Counted from the stretch's first letter, positions 7,997 through 16,791 are shown. The stretch: 41,119 nucleotides of DNA from an uncultured Candidatus Poseidoniales archaeon (GCA_964342715.1 CAYFGD010000001.1:1-41119); one strand, 5' to 3'. Notes: generated by a model from the letters alone, not told the origin. Numbers and translations: made by a program.

Positions 7997-9232
7997 TTAG
8001 TCGTACAGTCTCTGGTTCGAAATATTGGAATTTTTATCCAGGTTTCTTTCGACAGCAATTAGGGCCTTGGAGAAATCAGATTTTGAAATCTTCTTCCTCC
8101 CCTCACTAATTGCGGTAACTCCGGCTTCAGTAACCAGAGACATGATTTCAGCACCGCTGAAACCCTCGGTTTTCCTTGCCAGGGATTCCAATGACACGCC
8201 CTTAGTTAGTGGCGTATTGGATGTATGTACCTCTAGTATAGCCAGACGGGCCTCTTCGTCCGGCATTGGTACCTCGACTATCCTGTCAAATCGCCCTGGA
8301 CGGAGTAACGCCTCGTCAAGTAGTTCAGGCCTGTTTGTAGCAGCGATGACCTTGACATTCTCAAGAGATTCGAATCCATCCAATTCAGCGAGTAATTGCA
8401 TCAGCGTTCTCTGGACCTCTCTATCACCAGATGTTGCTGTATCTAGCCTCTTGGACCCTATTGCATCCAATTCGTCAATAAAAACGATAGCAGGAGCCCT
8501 ATTTCTTGCAAGATCAAATAGCTCCCTGACAAGCCTTCCCCCCTCACCGATATACTTCTGTGCTAGCTCAGATGCTACAATACCGAGGAACACAGCATCT
8601 GTTGAGTTAGCAACAGCCTTTGCCAGTAGAGTTTTGCCGGTACCAGGGCTTCCCGTCAGAAGTATTCCCTTTGGCGGTTCAATACCGAATCTTCTGAATG
8701 CATCCGGATTTCTAAATGATAGCTCTACTGTCTCTTTGAGCCTAGAGATCTGATCATCTAGGCCTCCAATGTCATCAAATGTCACATCTGGCCTATCAAT
8801 AATCTCAGCTGTAACAACTAGAGGGTCCCATGAATCGTCTAGGATCTCAATCACAGAAAGCGTGTCTTGGTTCAATGCAACCCTCGCTCCAGAAACCAGC
8901 CTAGATGAGTCTATCATGCTATTCACGGAAACAAGAAAGACAGTCCCATTAGAACTTCTGACAATTGCTCCTTCGTCGGTGATATCCTGAACGTAACCTA
9001 TGATCATAGGAGGGGATCTGAGATTTCTTATCTCCTCCTCAAGCCTGTTTGCCCTTTTCTTAACTTGTGCAACCTCGTTCTCAAGGACCATTTTCTCGGT
9101 AAGCAGTTGGTGGGCTGATTCCGACAGCTCCCTAATCTCTGACTGGAGTCTCCTGACGGAGTATTTCAATGACTCCTGACCTTCAGTGGGTTGACTATCG
9201 GACTCTGATGCCATGACACCGTGACAGGGCAT
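7997..9232 (-). CDS. pan: proteasome-activating nucleotidase (PAN, AAA+ ATPase)
   Basis: N-terminal coiled coil, Walker A GSPGTGKTLLAKAVA, Walker B FIDELD, and a C-terminal HbYX-type tail (..RLYD). ATG is at 9232 or 9214. Confidence 0.9.
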   Translation of the reverse strand: MPCHGVMASESDSQPTEGQESLKYSVRRLQSEIRELSESAHQLLTEKMVLENEVAQVKKRANRLEEEIRNLRSPPMIIGYVQDITDEGAIVRSSNGTVFLVSVNSMIDSSRLVSGARVALNQDTLSVIEILDDSWDPLVVTAEIIDRPDVTFDDIGGLDDQISRLKETVELSFRNPDAFRRFGIEPPKGILLTGSPGTGKTLLAKAVANSTDAVFLGIVASELAQKYIGEGGRLVRELFDLARNRAPAIVFIDELDAIGSKRLDTATSGDREVQRTLMQLLAELDGFESLENVKVIAATNRPELLDEALLRPGRFDRIVEVPMPDEEARLAILEVHTSNTPLTKGVSLESLARKTEGFSGAEIMSLVTEAGVTAISEGRKKISKSDFSKALIAVERNLDKNSNISNQRLYD

Positions 9233-9287
9233 TCAGATTTCATATTTTCACCCCAATCCATATGACGTATGTGCCCTAGTGGGTGCC

Positions 9288-9776
9288 ATGGGAACGTGCG
9301 AGATGTGCGGGGCCGACCGTGTCACGACCCTTCTGGCCGAGGTCTCCGGTGCCAGACTGAAATGCTGCTCACGCTGTATTGACTCCAATGATATGCTAGT
9401 TTTAGAGAGGTATGTTCAGAAACAGCCTAAAGCTACTCAAACTGTCCAAAATAATACTATTGAGAGGAATGTATCGATGAAGTCTGAGAAGGAAATTGCA
9501 CCTGATTTCCATCTCAGAGTCAGGAAGGCTAGGGTTTCCAGGGGCTGGGAGCAAAGGGAGTTGGCAAAGAGAATTAACGTCAGATTAAATGATATCCAGA
9601 AGGTTGAGGGAGGTATTGTACCGTCTGATTCTATTGCTATGAAAATTGAGAAGGCTCTAGGAATTACGATACTTGTGGATGCGGAAGAAGAAATGGAACG
9701 AGCGGTGAACGTACCAAGCGGTCGTGGAATGACTATAGGAGATGCATTGGATGAGTTCCTCAGCAAGCGTGAATGA
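9288..9776 (+). CDS. mbf1: archaeal multiprotein bridging factor 1 (aMBF1; zinc ribbon + HTH)
   Basis: N-terminal zinc ribbon CEMCG...CCSRC plus a C-terminal Cro/C1-type HTH (RKARVSRGWEQRELAKRINVRLNDIQKVE). The ORF opens at GTG 9279; ATG 9288 was chosen. Confidence 0.8.
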   Translation: MGTCEMCGADRVTTLLAEVSGARLKCCSRCIDSNDMLVLERYVQKQPKATQTVQNNTIERNVSMKSEKEIAPDFHLRVRKARVSRGWEQRELAKRINVRLNDIQKVEGGIVPSDSIAMKIEKALGITILVDAEEEMERAVNVPSGRGMTIGDALDEFLSKRE

Positions 9777-10317
9777 CGAACCCGTGCCATTGCATGTGGT
9801 CCACCTAGATCAGGATGACCCACGCAAATGCAGTGCTAGGAGAATGGCCAAAGCCGGTAGCGCAATACTACATTTTGACGCTAGAAGAGCGCCAAAAAGA
9901 GGATTTCTATTGGATCCCAGCAGTGGTAAATTGATGGGTCCAGATGATAAAATATCAATAGATAGAGGGGGATCGATTGTCGCATTAGACTGCTCTTGGA
10001 AGAGGATTGAGGAGTCTGTAGAAGCCATTAGTAGACACACTAGATTGGAAGGTAGGACGTTGCCTGTACTTCTAGCTGCAAATCCAGTTTCGTGGGGTAA
10101 ACCTGGAAGGCTTTCTACATCCGAGGCGTTTGCTGCCTCATTGTTCATACTTGGAAGGGAGAGGCAAGCAAGGGAGATACTTTCATCATTCCCCTATGGG
10201 GACAATTTCTTCAATCTGAATATTGAGCCCTTGAATGCATACAAGGACGCCAAGAGCAACGAAGAACTATCTGAATTGCAGTGGGAGTTCTTCGATAGGC
10301 CGGCTAACGAACTGTAG
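9742..10317 (+). CDS. tsr3: 16S rRNA aminocarboxypropyltransferase Tsr3 (DUF367)
   Basis: LHVVHLDQDDPRKCSARRM...LDCSW...LPVLLAANPVSWGKPGRLSTSEAFAASLFILG matches the Tsr3 pattern as recalled from archaeal orthologues. ATG is at 9742 or 9751, overlapping the mbf1 3' end. Confidence 0.8.
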   Translation: MHWMSSSASVNDEPVPLHVVHLDQDDPRKCSARRMAKAGSAILHFDARRAPKRGFLLDPSSGKLMGPDDKISIDRGGSIVALDCSWKRIEESVEAISRHTRLEGRTLPVLLAANPVSWGKPGRLSTSEAFAASLFILGRERQAREILSSFPYGDNFFNLNIEPLNAYKDAKSNEELSELQWEFFDRPANEL

Positions 10318-12508
10318 ATCCGGGTGTGATCTCTCCATCGGGTGTAAGGAGCCTCACATTGCCCTCCCCGTCATCGGCTGCTAGTATCATACCCTCCGAT
10401 AGAACGCCTCTGAGCTTCATTGGCTTGAGGTTGGCGACGTACACTACGTTTAGTCCGAGTAAATCGGACTCTTGGTATATTCCCTTCAGTCCCGCGCAAA
10501 CGGTCCTTGATGTTCCTGGTCCGTCTTCAATTTTGATTACTAGAAGCTTGTCGGCATTTGGATGGTCCTCGACAGAGGTAATTTTACCCGTTCTCATCTT
10601 GACCTTGAGAAAATCTTCGAACTCTATGTAATCATCCCCACTCTTCGGGGCGAGTTCTTGGTCATTGACGTTACTGTCCTCAACTATCGACTTCTCGTCC
10701 GCAATAATCTCGTCTAAATCAAGCCTTGAGAACAATGGATTGGGTTTTTCCGGATTCCACATAAGATTCCCCTCGACATCAAGGGAGTCGTCCCATAACA
10801 TGGAGTCGATTTCTTCAGTCTCCCCCAGCATTGACCATAATTTATCTGACTGAAATGGCATGAAGGGCCTAGTGAGAATTGAAAGAGTTCTGCATAGCCT
10901 CCAAGCCATCGCTAGAGAAGAAAGGGATCTTGTTCGATCTTCCGAATCATCTGAGCCAATGTACTTCCACGGGGCTGAATTCTGAAGAAGCGCATTTCCA
11001 ATCTGTGCAATTCCCATTATAGACCTCAGTGCTTCCTTGAATCTCTGCCTCTCCATTGAGGAAATAGCAGAGTCGATGATTTTTCTCGTTTCTTCGATAA
11101 TTTTGGTATGCGCCTCCGGGTCGTCGAAGGTGGAAAGCGGGTTCGATCCATCTTCTGATAGTCTATGGGTTAGTGTCATGACTCTGTGAACGAAGTTCCC
11201 GTATGTTCCAATCAGCTCATTATTTACCCTATCAACAAAGTCTTCCCACCTAAAATCCGTATCGTGTGTCTCTGGCATGTTTATTGATAGGTAATACCTC
11301 AAGGAGTCTGCATCGTATTTTTCGAGGAATGAAGGCAACCAAACCGCATGCTTCCTACTTTTACTGAATTGGCCCCCCTGCAACATCAGGTACTCATTTG
11401 ATGAGACGTTTGATTCCAATGCCATGTCGCCAGGTGACTCAATATGGGCTATTGGACGTCCTGAACGAGTAGCGTTGATTCCCATAATTATTGCAGGCCA
11501 GATAACGGTATGAAATGGAATGTTGTCCTTGCCCATGAAGTAGATGTGTTTCGGAGTTTGGCCGTCCTCTGAAACCTTCCACCACCTCTCCCACGCATTG
11601 TCCCCGTCTGGGTGACCATTGGAGCTAGCGTATCTTTCGGACCATATCCTTGCACACGTGTAGTATCCTTGGACAGCCTCGAACCATACATATACTCTCT
11701 TCGATGTCCACTCCTCACCTTCTATTGGAAGCTCTATTCCCCAGTCTATGTCCCTAGTGACGGCTCTAGGCCTAAGGCCCATGTTTAGCCAATTCTTTGT
11801 CATAGAACGAACGTTGGGCTTCCAGACGTCGTTCCTGAGGGAAGCATGCGACTCTAGACTATCTTGGAACAAATCTAGTCTGAAAAATAGGTGCTCGGTA
11901 TCCCTAACCTCAATAGAGGCGTCTGGATCTAATTTGGATACGGGTCTAATCAGTTCACGGGCCTCATATGTCGAGCCACATTCGTCGCATTGATCTCCCC
12001 TTGCCCCCGAGGCCTCGCAAATAGGGCACGTGCCCTCAACGTATCTATCTGGAAGGAACCTTACAACACCGTCGGAGATCGAGCAATACTGTTCCATGGT
12101 TTGTCTTGAGAGCATGTTGGAATCGAGCAAGTCAGAGAAGACTTCCCTCACAAGTTCTTTGTGTCTATTATCGGATGTCCTATTGTACAGAGTACCGCCA
12201 TACTCGATTCCTCTGCTGTCCACATTGTTAGACCACGAACAACCGAGGTCATTGAGTGACTTTAGGGCCATCTCATGATACTCGTCCACTACTTCTTGGG
12301 GGGAAACGCCTAGTTGCTCGGCAGTAAGGGTGATCGGGGTACCGTGCTCATCTGAGCCGCTACACATCAGAACCCTTCTACCTCTAGCCCTCTCGTATCT
12401 ATATTGTATATCGGCTGGAAGGCAATTTCCCGCGACGTGTCCCAAGTGTAACGGGGCATTGACATATGGCCACGCCATGAAAATGGTGACATATCCTCCA
12501 TCCGACAC
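10304..12508 (-). CDS. metG: methionyl-tRNA synthetase with C-terminal tRNA-binding (EMAP/Trbp111-like) domain
   Basis: HIGH motif HLGHVAG, KMSKS motif KFSKSR, zinc knuckles CPICE...CDECG, and a C-terminal VEDHPNADKLLVIKIEDG OB fold. The longest ORF opens at GTG 12610, leaving only 15 nt to the divergent gene. GTG 12508 (MSDGGYVTIFMAWPYVNAPLHLGH) fits the normal MetRS N-terminus. Confidence 0.9.
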   Translation of the reverse strand: MSDGGYVTIFMAWPYVNAPLHLGHVAGNCLPADIQYRYERARGRRVLMCSGSDEHGTPITLTAEQLGVSPQEVVDEYHEMALKSLNDLGCSWSNNVDSRGIEYGGTLYNRTSDNRHKELVREVFSDLLDSNMLSRQTMEQYCSISDGVVRFLPDRYVEGTCPICEASGARGDQCDECGSTYEARELIRPVSKLDPDASIEVRDTEHLFFRLDLFQDSLESHASLRNDVWKPNVRSMTKNWLNMGLRPRAVTRDIDWGIELPIEGEEWTSKRVYVWFEAVQGYYTCARIWSERYASSNGHPDGDNAWERWWKVSEDGQTPKHIYFMGKDNIPFHTVIWPAIIMGINATRSGRPIAHIESPGDMALESNVSSNEYLMLQGGQFSKSRKHAVWLPSFLEKYDADSLRYYLSINMPETHDTDFRWEDFVDRVNNELIGTYGNFVHRVMTLTHRLSEDGSNPLSTFDDPEAHTKIIEETRKIIDSAISSMERQRFKEALRSIMGIAQIGNALLQNSAPWKYIGSDDSEDRTRSLSSLAMAWRLCRTLSILTRPFMPFQSDKLWSMLGETEEIDSMLWDDSLDVEGNLMWNPEKPNPLFSRLDLDEIIADEKSIVEDSNVNDQELAPKSGDDYIEFEDFLKVKMRTGKITSVEDHPNADKLLVIKIEDGPGTSRTVCAGLKGIYQESDLLGLNVVYVANLKPMKLRGVLSEGMILAADDGEGNVRLLTPDGEITPGSTVR

Positions 12509-12625
12509 GACTCTAGGGGTTAGACACCTATTTATGTCGCAATCGGTCGTAAGCGGTCCGGGAGCAGCCAATCGTGACTGATAGTGACGTGTTATTCGCG
12601 CCCAAATCACCGTGAGGAAATCTAG

Positions 12626-13681
12626 TTGGTAGACTATACATTGATCATTGCGTATGCGTCCCTTGCACTAGGGGCATCGTTCCTATGCAGCATTCTTGAG
12701 GCCGTTCTCCTTTCAACTACGCATGGCCATATTGTAGCACTCAAGGACACACATCCCTCCATTAGTGAAAGATGGAGCGAATGGAAGGAAGACCCAGAGA
12801 GGCCGCTTACAGCAATCCTCACACTGAATACGATCGCGCACACGGTTGGTGCATTGGGCGTAGGTGCAGAGGTTCAGACTCAATTCGGAGGAGGGACAAT
12901 AGTTCACGTCGCTGCAGCCATCCTGACACTGGCTATACTGCTACTTAGCGAAATCCTACCAAAGACCATAGGTGCACTGTACTGGAGGAAGCTAACGATA
13001 CCATCAGCAAGAGCGTTGAATGCCATGATGGTGCTGCTGTGGGTGATAGTGAAGCCGATTCAATTGACGAGGTCTCTTTTACCAGATGTTGAGACTGAAA
13101 CAGTAACCAGGAATGAGTTGTCAGTATTGGCGGATATTGCCGAAGAAACCGATGTAATTGAACAGGACGAGGAGACAGTTATTCATAACCTACTGAGATT
13201 AAGGGAGATTCTAGTTAGTGAGGTCATGACGCCGCGTGTAGTTGTAACATCTGTGAACGCGGACGATACTGTTTCCGATGTTATGGAGAATTTACCCATA
13301 ATGATTCACGGTAGAATGCCGGTAACCGGGGATACAATTGACGATGTAAGAGGGGTTGTTCTAAGGAGTGAGATACTGCGCAGAGCGGCCGTAGACGAGT
13401 ACGATAGGAAAATGTCGGAGATATCTAGAGAGGTAATCACCTGCAGGGACAATGATTCTGTAGATCGTGCATTGGATGTACTCCTAGAGAACAAAACTCA
13501 GATTCTAATTGTGAAGGATGAGTTTGGAGGAACTGAAGGCCTGGTTACTATGGAGGATGTTATCGAGACCCTATTGGGTGTTGAGATCATCGACGAGTCT
13601 GATCAGGCGGGAATTGACGTCGGGATGCACCATGAAGATATGCGTGAGTTAGCTAAGCAAAGAATAGAGGAGAGCGAGTGA
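12626..13681 (+). CDS. CNNM/DUF21 transmembrane domain + CBS-pair protein (CorC/TlyC-like Mg/Co efflux family)
   Basis: N-terminal multi-TM DUF21-like region (SILEAVLLS..., LSEILPKTIG) followed by two CBS-like modules. A TTG start is the only option upstream of the first TM helix. Confidence 0.8.
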   Translation: MVDYTLIIAYASLALGASFLCSILEAVLLSTTHGHIVALKDTHPSISERWSEWKEDPERPLTAILTLNTIAHTVGALGVGAEVQTQFGGGTIVHVAAAILTLAILLLSEILPKTIGALYWRKLTIPSARALNAMMVLLWVIVKPIQLTRSLLPDVETETVTRNELSVLADIAEETDVIEQDEETVIHNLLRLREILVSEVMTPRVVVTSVNADDTVSDVMENLPIMIHGRMPVTGDTIDDVRGVVLRSEILRRAAVDEYDRKMSEISREVITCRDNDSVDRALDVLLENKTQILIVKDEFGGTEGLVTMEDVIETLLGVEIIDESDQAGIDVGMHHEDMRELAKQRIEESE

Positions 13682-13682
13682 A

Positions 13683-14486
13683 CTAGGACTCATCTTCTTC
13701 GTCATCAACGAAACCCTTTGTCTCAGCATACTGCGCCATCGATTCTAGCCTCTTCATGAACTTCGATCCATCGGTGGTAGTCTCAGTGGACCTAACTAGC
13801 CACACTCCGCCAAAGACTACCTCCCATAATCCCAGATTGTCCTTCCTCTGCCTTCGGAAAATCCAGTCCAAAAACGGAATTAGAATAATTGCAATAGATA
13901 GTCCGACTGTGATTTTAGTAGCTGTAGTCCATACTGTACCAGCGGATATCGCTATTAGAAGGCCTCCAAAGAATATCAGGTAGGCTGGGATGTTGATGTT
14001 CTTCAACATGTGATAAAGGAAAATCGCAGAATCTCCGCGAGAATTGATGAACGTGGTTCGCGAAATTACATTGCCCATAGAACTCTTGTACTGAATCGGC
14101 ATAACTACCATGTTGAATATCGACAATAGTAAAACCAAGACTAGTGGCCATGTGATATCGGTATATGTCAATACCAGTCCGAAAATTACCAATCCTATGA
14201 TTAGGCCGAAGTTGACTGTGAAGTCTACGAAAAATCTCAGTGATCTCCTCCCACGACCTGCTAGTTCGAAACCGTCAGGCAGTTCCTTAACTGAGGATCG
14301 TGGCTTTTTCTGCTTCTTCGCTCTCGGTTTCTTTGCCTTCTTCTGTTTCTTTGCCTTCTTCTCTTTCTTCGGCTTAACTGCGACTGGTTCGGGCTCTAGA
14401 ACTACAGCTGCGGGCACTGCAGCAGGTGCTTCCTCATCGCTCGTCTTATCGTCCGTAATCTTTCCTGCCTTCTCCAATAGACCCAT
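13683..14486 (-). CDS. membrane protein with lysine-rich cytoplasmic tail, weakly RDD-family-like
   Basis: N-terminal KPKKEKKAKKQKKAKKPRAKKQKKPR tract, then GRGRRSLRFFVDFTVNF and 4-5 hydrophobic helices, ending in an acidic C-terminus. ATG 14486 lies 4 nt after the upstream stop. GTG 14510 would give a 20-nt overlap. Confidence 0.6.
   Translation of the reverse strand: MGLLEKAGKITDDKTSDEEAPAAVPAAVVLEPEPVAVKPKKEKKAKKQKKAKKPRAKKQKKPRSSVKELPDGFELAGRGRRSLRFFVDFTVNFGLIIGLVIFGLVLTYTDITWPLVLVLLLSIFNMVVMPIQYKSSMGNVISRTTFINSRGDSAIFLYHMLKNINIPAYLIFFGGLLIAISAGTVWTTATKITVGLSIAIILIPFLDWIFRRQRKDNLGLWEVVFGGVWLVRSTETTTDGSKFMKRLESMAQYAETKGFVDDEEDES
14327..14362 (-). repeat. perfect 18-bp in-frame tandem duplication (2 copies)
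   Basis: GTTTCTTTGCCTTCTTCT occurs at 14327-14344 and again at 14345-14362. On the coding strand it encodes KKAKKQ/KKAKK(P) within the lysine tract. Confidence 0.9.
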
Positions 14487-14490
14487 GTAA

Positions 14491-15219
14491 TCACTCTCCG
14501 TACAGCTCACTCATCCGTTGAAATACCTGGAAACCCGATGAAGCAACGAAATCATTGATATCACTCTCAGGGAGGTCCCCGAGAACTGAGTTGATCATAG
14601 TGAAAAACTCACCCCTAGTATCCTGATCACAGCCTGATGGGTCTTCGCCCACATTCTGAAATAGTTCGAACGAATCTGACTCAATGAAGTCCTGTACGAA
14701 TTCCTCAGGCATGTTCCCTAATAGCTCATTGACGATAGAGAAAAACTCCGGAAACTCGTCGTCCACATCCTCTTCGATCTCCTCATCATCGGATTCGGGG
14801 GCGGAGATCAGCTCAACTATTGGCTTGATTGCCAACATATCCTGCTGCTGCTTCTTCCTGAGCACGATAATTTCTCTATCTAGTTCGGAGCCGAATCTAT
14901 CAGAAAAACGATCCAATAGAGTGCCAACTTGACCCGATGAAATTCTGTCTATATGGCCATACATACTATCCCTATTTTCAGATGATTGGACTGAATCATC
15001 AAGCTTCCTTTTTTCCCAGTGAGCTTGGAAGTCGTTCGACTCGGACTCTTCTTCATCATTCGAAGATGATTGGAGAGGAGGCGTCTCGTCAATAGCGCTC
15101 TCAATCGCTTCATCTTGGAGAGGTGGCGGTGGTGGCGGAGGGGGCATTGCGATGCCAGGAGGGGGGGGTGGAAGGGGCATCCCTGAAGGCCCACCTTCGG
15201 TTTCTTCGTCGTCTGGCAT
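14491..15219 (-). CDS. acidic protein with polyproline N-terminus and two C-terminal ~33-aa repeats (unknown function)
   Basis: Features are MPLPPPPPGIAMPPPPPPPPLQ, long D/E/S-rich segments, and the repeats EFFSIVNELLGNMPEEFVQDFIESDSFELFQNV / EFFTMINSVLGDLPESDINDFVASSGFQVFQRM. ATG 15219 was chosen; the ORF opens at GTG 15228. I recognise no family. Confidence 0.6.
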   Translation of the reverse strand: MPDDEETEGGPSGMPLPPPPPGIAMPPPPPPPPLQDEAIESAIDETPPLQSSSNDEEESESNDFQAHWEKRKLDDSVQSSENRDSMYGHIDRISSGQVGTLLDRFSDRFGSELDREIIVLRKKQQQDMLAIKPIVELISAPESDDEEIEEDVDDEFPEFFSIVNELLGNMPEEFVQDFIESDSFELFQNVGEDPSGCDQDTRGEFFTMINSVLGDLPESDINDFVASSGFQVFQRMSELYGE

Positions 15220-15251
15220 ATGCCCCACCGTAACGAATCCGGAACTCTACA

Positions 15252-15273
15252 CTATTCAATATTCTGTGAATAG
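15252..15273 (-). promoter_or_regulatory. 7-bp-stem hairpin between priS stop and the next gene; overlaps a TATA-like AATATT
   Basis: CTATTCA (15252-15258) pairs with TGAATAG (15267-15273) across an 8-nt loop. It lies about 30-45 nt upstream of ATG 15219 and 16 nt downstream of the priS stop. Its function (terminator or operator) is undetermined. Confidence 0.3.
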
Positions 15274-15288
15274 GTTAGTGTGTTATGC

Positions 15289-16467
15289 TCATTCTACAGT
15301 CCTTGCCCACCCCTTGAGGGACAAAAATGTGGCCATGGCCTCATGTACATGAAATACTTCTCCGGTGGAGCCGGAAACTTCCTGATCAGCAATTCTGGCG
15401 GTCACATCATCTGAAACAAGCTCGACCTTGACAGACGATTGTGTGCTGAAAACGTGCGTGCTGGATAGTGCATCAAATGATACTGAGGTACCGGGCTCCA
15501 ATCGCTCAAGCGGAAACTCAGTAACCCTCAATCCGGATTTCCCATGGAGGCTCCCAACCCACCTAATTACCCTCTTCACATCAACAGTAACGTTCTCATC
15601 CGTCTCACCGACGGCCAGTGGGGCACCCTTAACCAGCTCCCAGAACGTCTCATTTAGCTTAGTTGTCGTGAAAACTGACCTGCTCCTATCTTGGCGAAGC
15701 CGATCGATTCTGCCTCCCTTTGATGACTCATCGGCCAACCTCTTGATTAATTCCTCAGAACAACTAAAATTTCTTGATTTGAGGCTTGAGTGTAGATCGC
15801 GTACTAGTTCCTTTGTGTTTTCATTGGAGGATGAGATTGATGATAGTGATTCTATGACTCCGTCGAATCCTAGATCGATTCTGTCTGACCAACCTATGTC
15901 AGGCCCTGCCATAATGGACTTTACGTCAATTCCAACACCAGTGATGTAATTCACTAGCTCCCTTCTCGCATTTGAATCTAAATGCAGATATGCTGGATCG
16001 CGTATGTGTATGTGAAAACCTCTGTGTCCAGAGAAGGTTGTCTGAACATGCTCCTCCTTGAATCCGAATTCGGGTTGCAGGAAGTCATTCCAAAGACTCC
16101 ATGCCTGTTCCTGAATCTTCTCCATCATCCCTGGAAAGTCATTATCAGAAACACCGGGAAGATGGTCTCCATCAAGGTCGAATATCAAATCAGCACCCAG
16201 CCAACCCTTCTCTGACATCTTCCTTTGACTGGGGTCCTCGTAATACGCAGTGCTGTGGAAACATGAGTGGGGCCCTCTTGTTTGAAGGTAAGATAACAGA
16301 TCGTTCTTTGTTGGCAATGCTCTATGCCTATCAGGAGGTTTGCTACCCCAAGGGATGAACATCCATTCTCTCGACCTAAGCCTTGGGGGCGCCCATATGT
16401 CTGAAACTGATAGTGACTGGTAGTATTCGCTAAATCTCAGAGCGAACCTACTCCATCCGGATGCCAT
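15289..16467 (-). CDS. priS: DNA primase small (catalytic) subunit PriS
   Basis: Catalytic motifs ADLIFDLDGDH and FSGHRGFHIHI. The ORF opens at GTG 16491; ATG 16467 (MASGWSRF) was chosen. Confidence 0.85.
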   Translation of the reverse strand: MASGWSRFALRFSEYYQSLSVSDIWAPPRLRSREWMFIPWGSKPPDRHRALPTKNDLLSYLQTRGPHSCFHSTAYYEDPSQRKMSEKGWLGADLIFDLDGDHLPGVSDNDFPGMMEKIQEQAWSLWNDFLQPEFGFKEEHVQTTFSGHRGFHIHIRDPAYLHLDSNARRELVNYITGVGIDVKSIMAGPDIGWSDRIDLGFDGVIESLSSISSSNENTKELVRDLHSSLKSRNFSCSEELIKRLADESSKGGRIDRLRQDRSRSVFTTTKLNETFWELVKGAPLAVGETDENVTVDVKRVIRWVGSLHGKSGLRVTEFPLERLEPGTSVSFDALSSTHVFSTQSSVKVELVSDDVTARIADQEVSGSTGEVFHVHEAMATFLSLKGWARTVE

Positions 16468-16505
16468 GGAACATTGGATGTAGACTAGCACATGAACATG
16501 TGCAT

Positions 16506-16703
16506 CTAATCTAGGACTAAGCTATTAGGGACTTCCTTGGAATCTGTGGCTGACTCATTGCCTGTCAATTCGAGGTACGCTTCATAGGAAACAAATTGGT
16601 CATCTACTACGATAGCTTCTGAAAAGGTCAGTGCTATACCTGTAACTGCGCAAATAGGGCCAAGTTGGCCAGTAGCGGTGGATAGTTTGGTCGGGTCAGG
16701 CAC
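16506..16703 (-). CDS. hypothetical 65-aa protein (doubtful)
   Basis: This is the only ORF in the otherwise unusually long 324-nt gap between priS and mqnD. It has a GTG start only, no internal Met and no recognisable motif. Confidence 0.25.
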   Translation of the reverse strand: MPDPTKLSTATGQLGPICAVTGIALTFSEAIVVDDQFVSYEAYLELTGNESATDSKEVPNSLVLD

Positions 16704-16791
16704 AAATCCGGGACAGAGTGTTGTCTATTCACTGTTGCCATGCACAATTCGAGAGGCAAGGAATTTTCTATTCGGCCTATGCCGAAGGCAC

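Noticed and set aside
8025-8753. 242-aa plus-strand ORF antisense to PAN
   Set aside because: It is Ser/Leu-rich and low-complexity and lies entirely inside a gene with unmistakable AAA+ motifs on the other strand. This is a typical shadow ORF.
15121-15178. G-rich plus-strand tract (G5, G8, G4 runs) as a possible G-quadruplex
   Set aside because: It is simply the complement of the CCN proline codons of the polyproline segment. The first loop would be 16 nt, and there is no independent reason to invoke a structural role.
15428-15949. 173-aa plus-strand ORF antisense to priS
   Set aside because: It is a shadow ORF inside a gene carrying the primase catalytic motifs, with Ser/Thr/Leu-biased composition.
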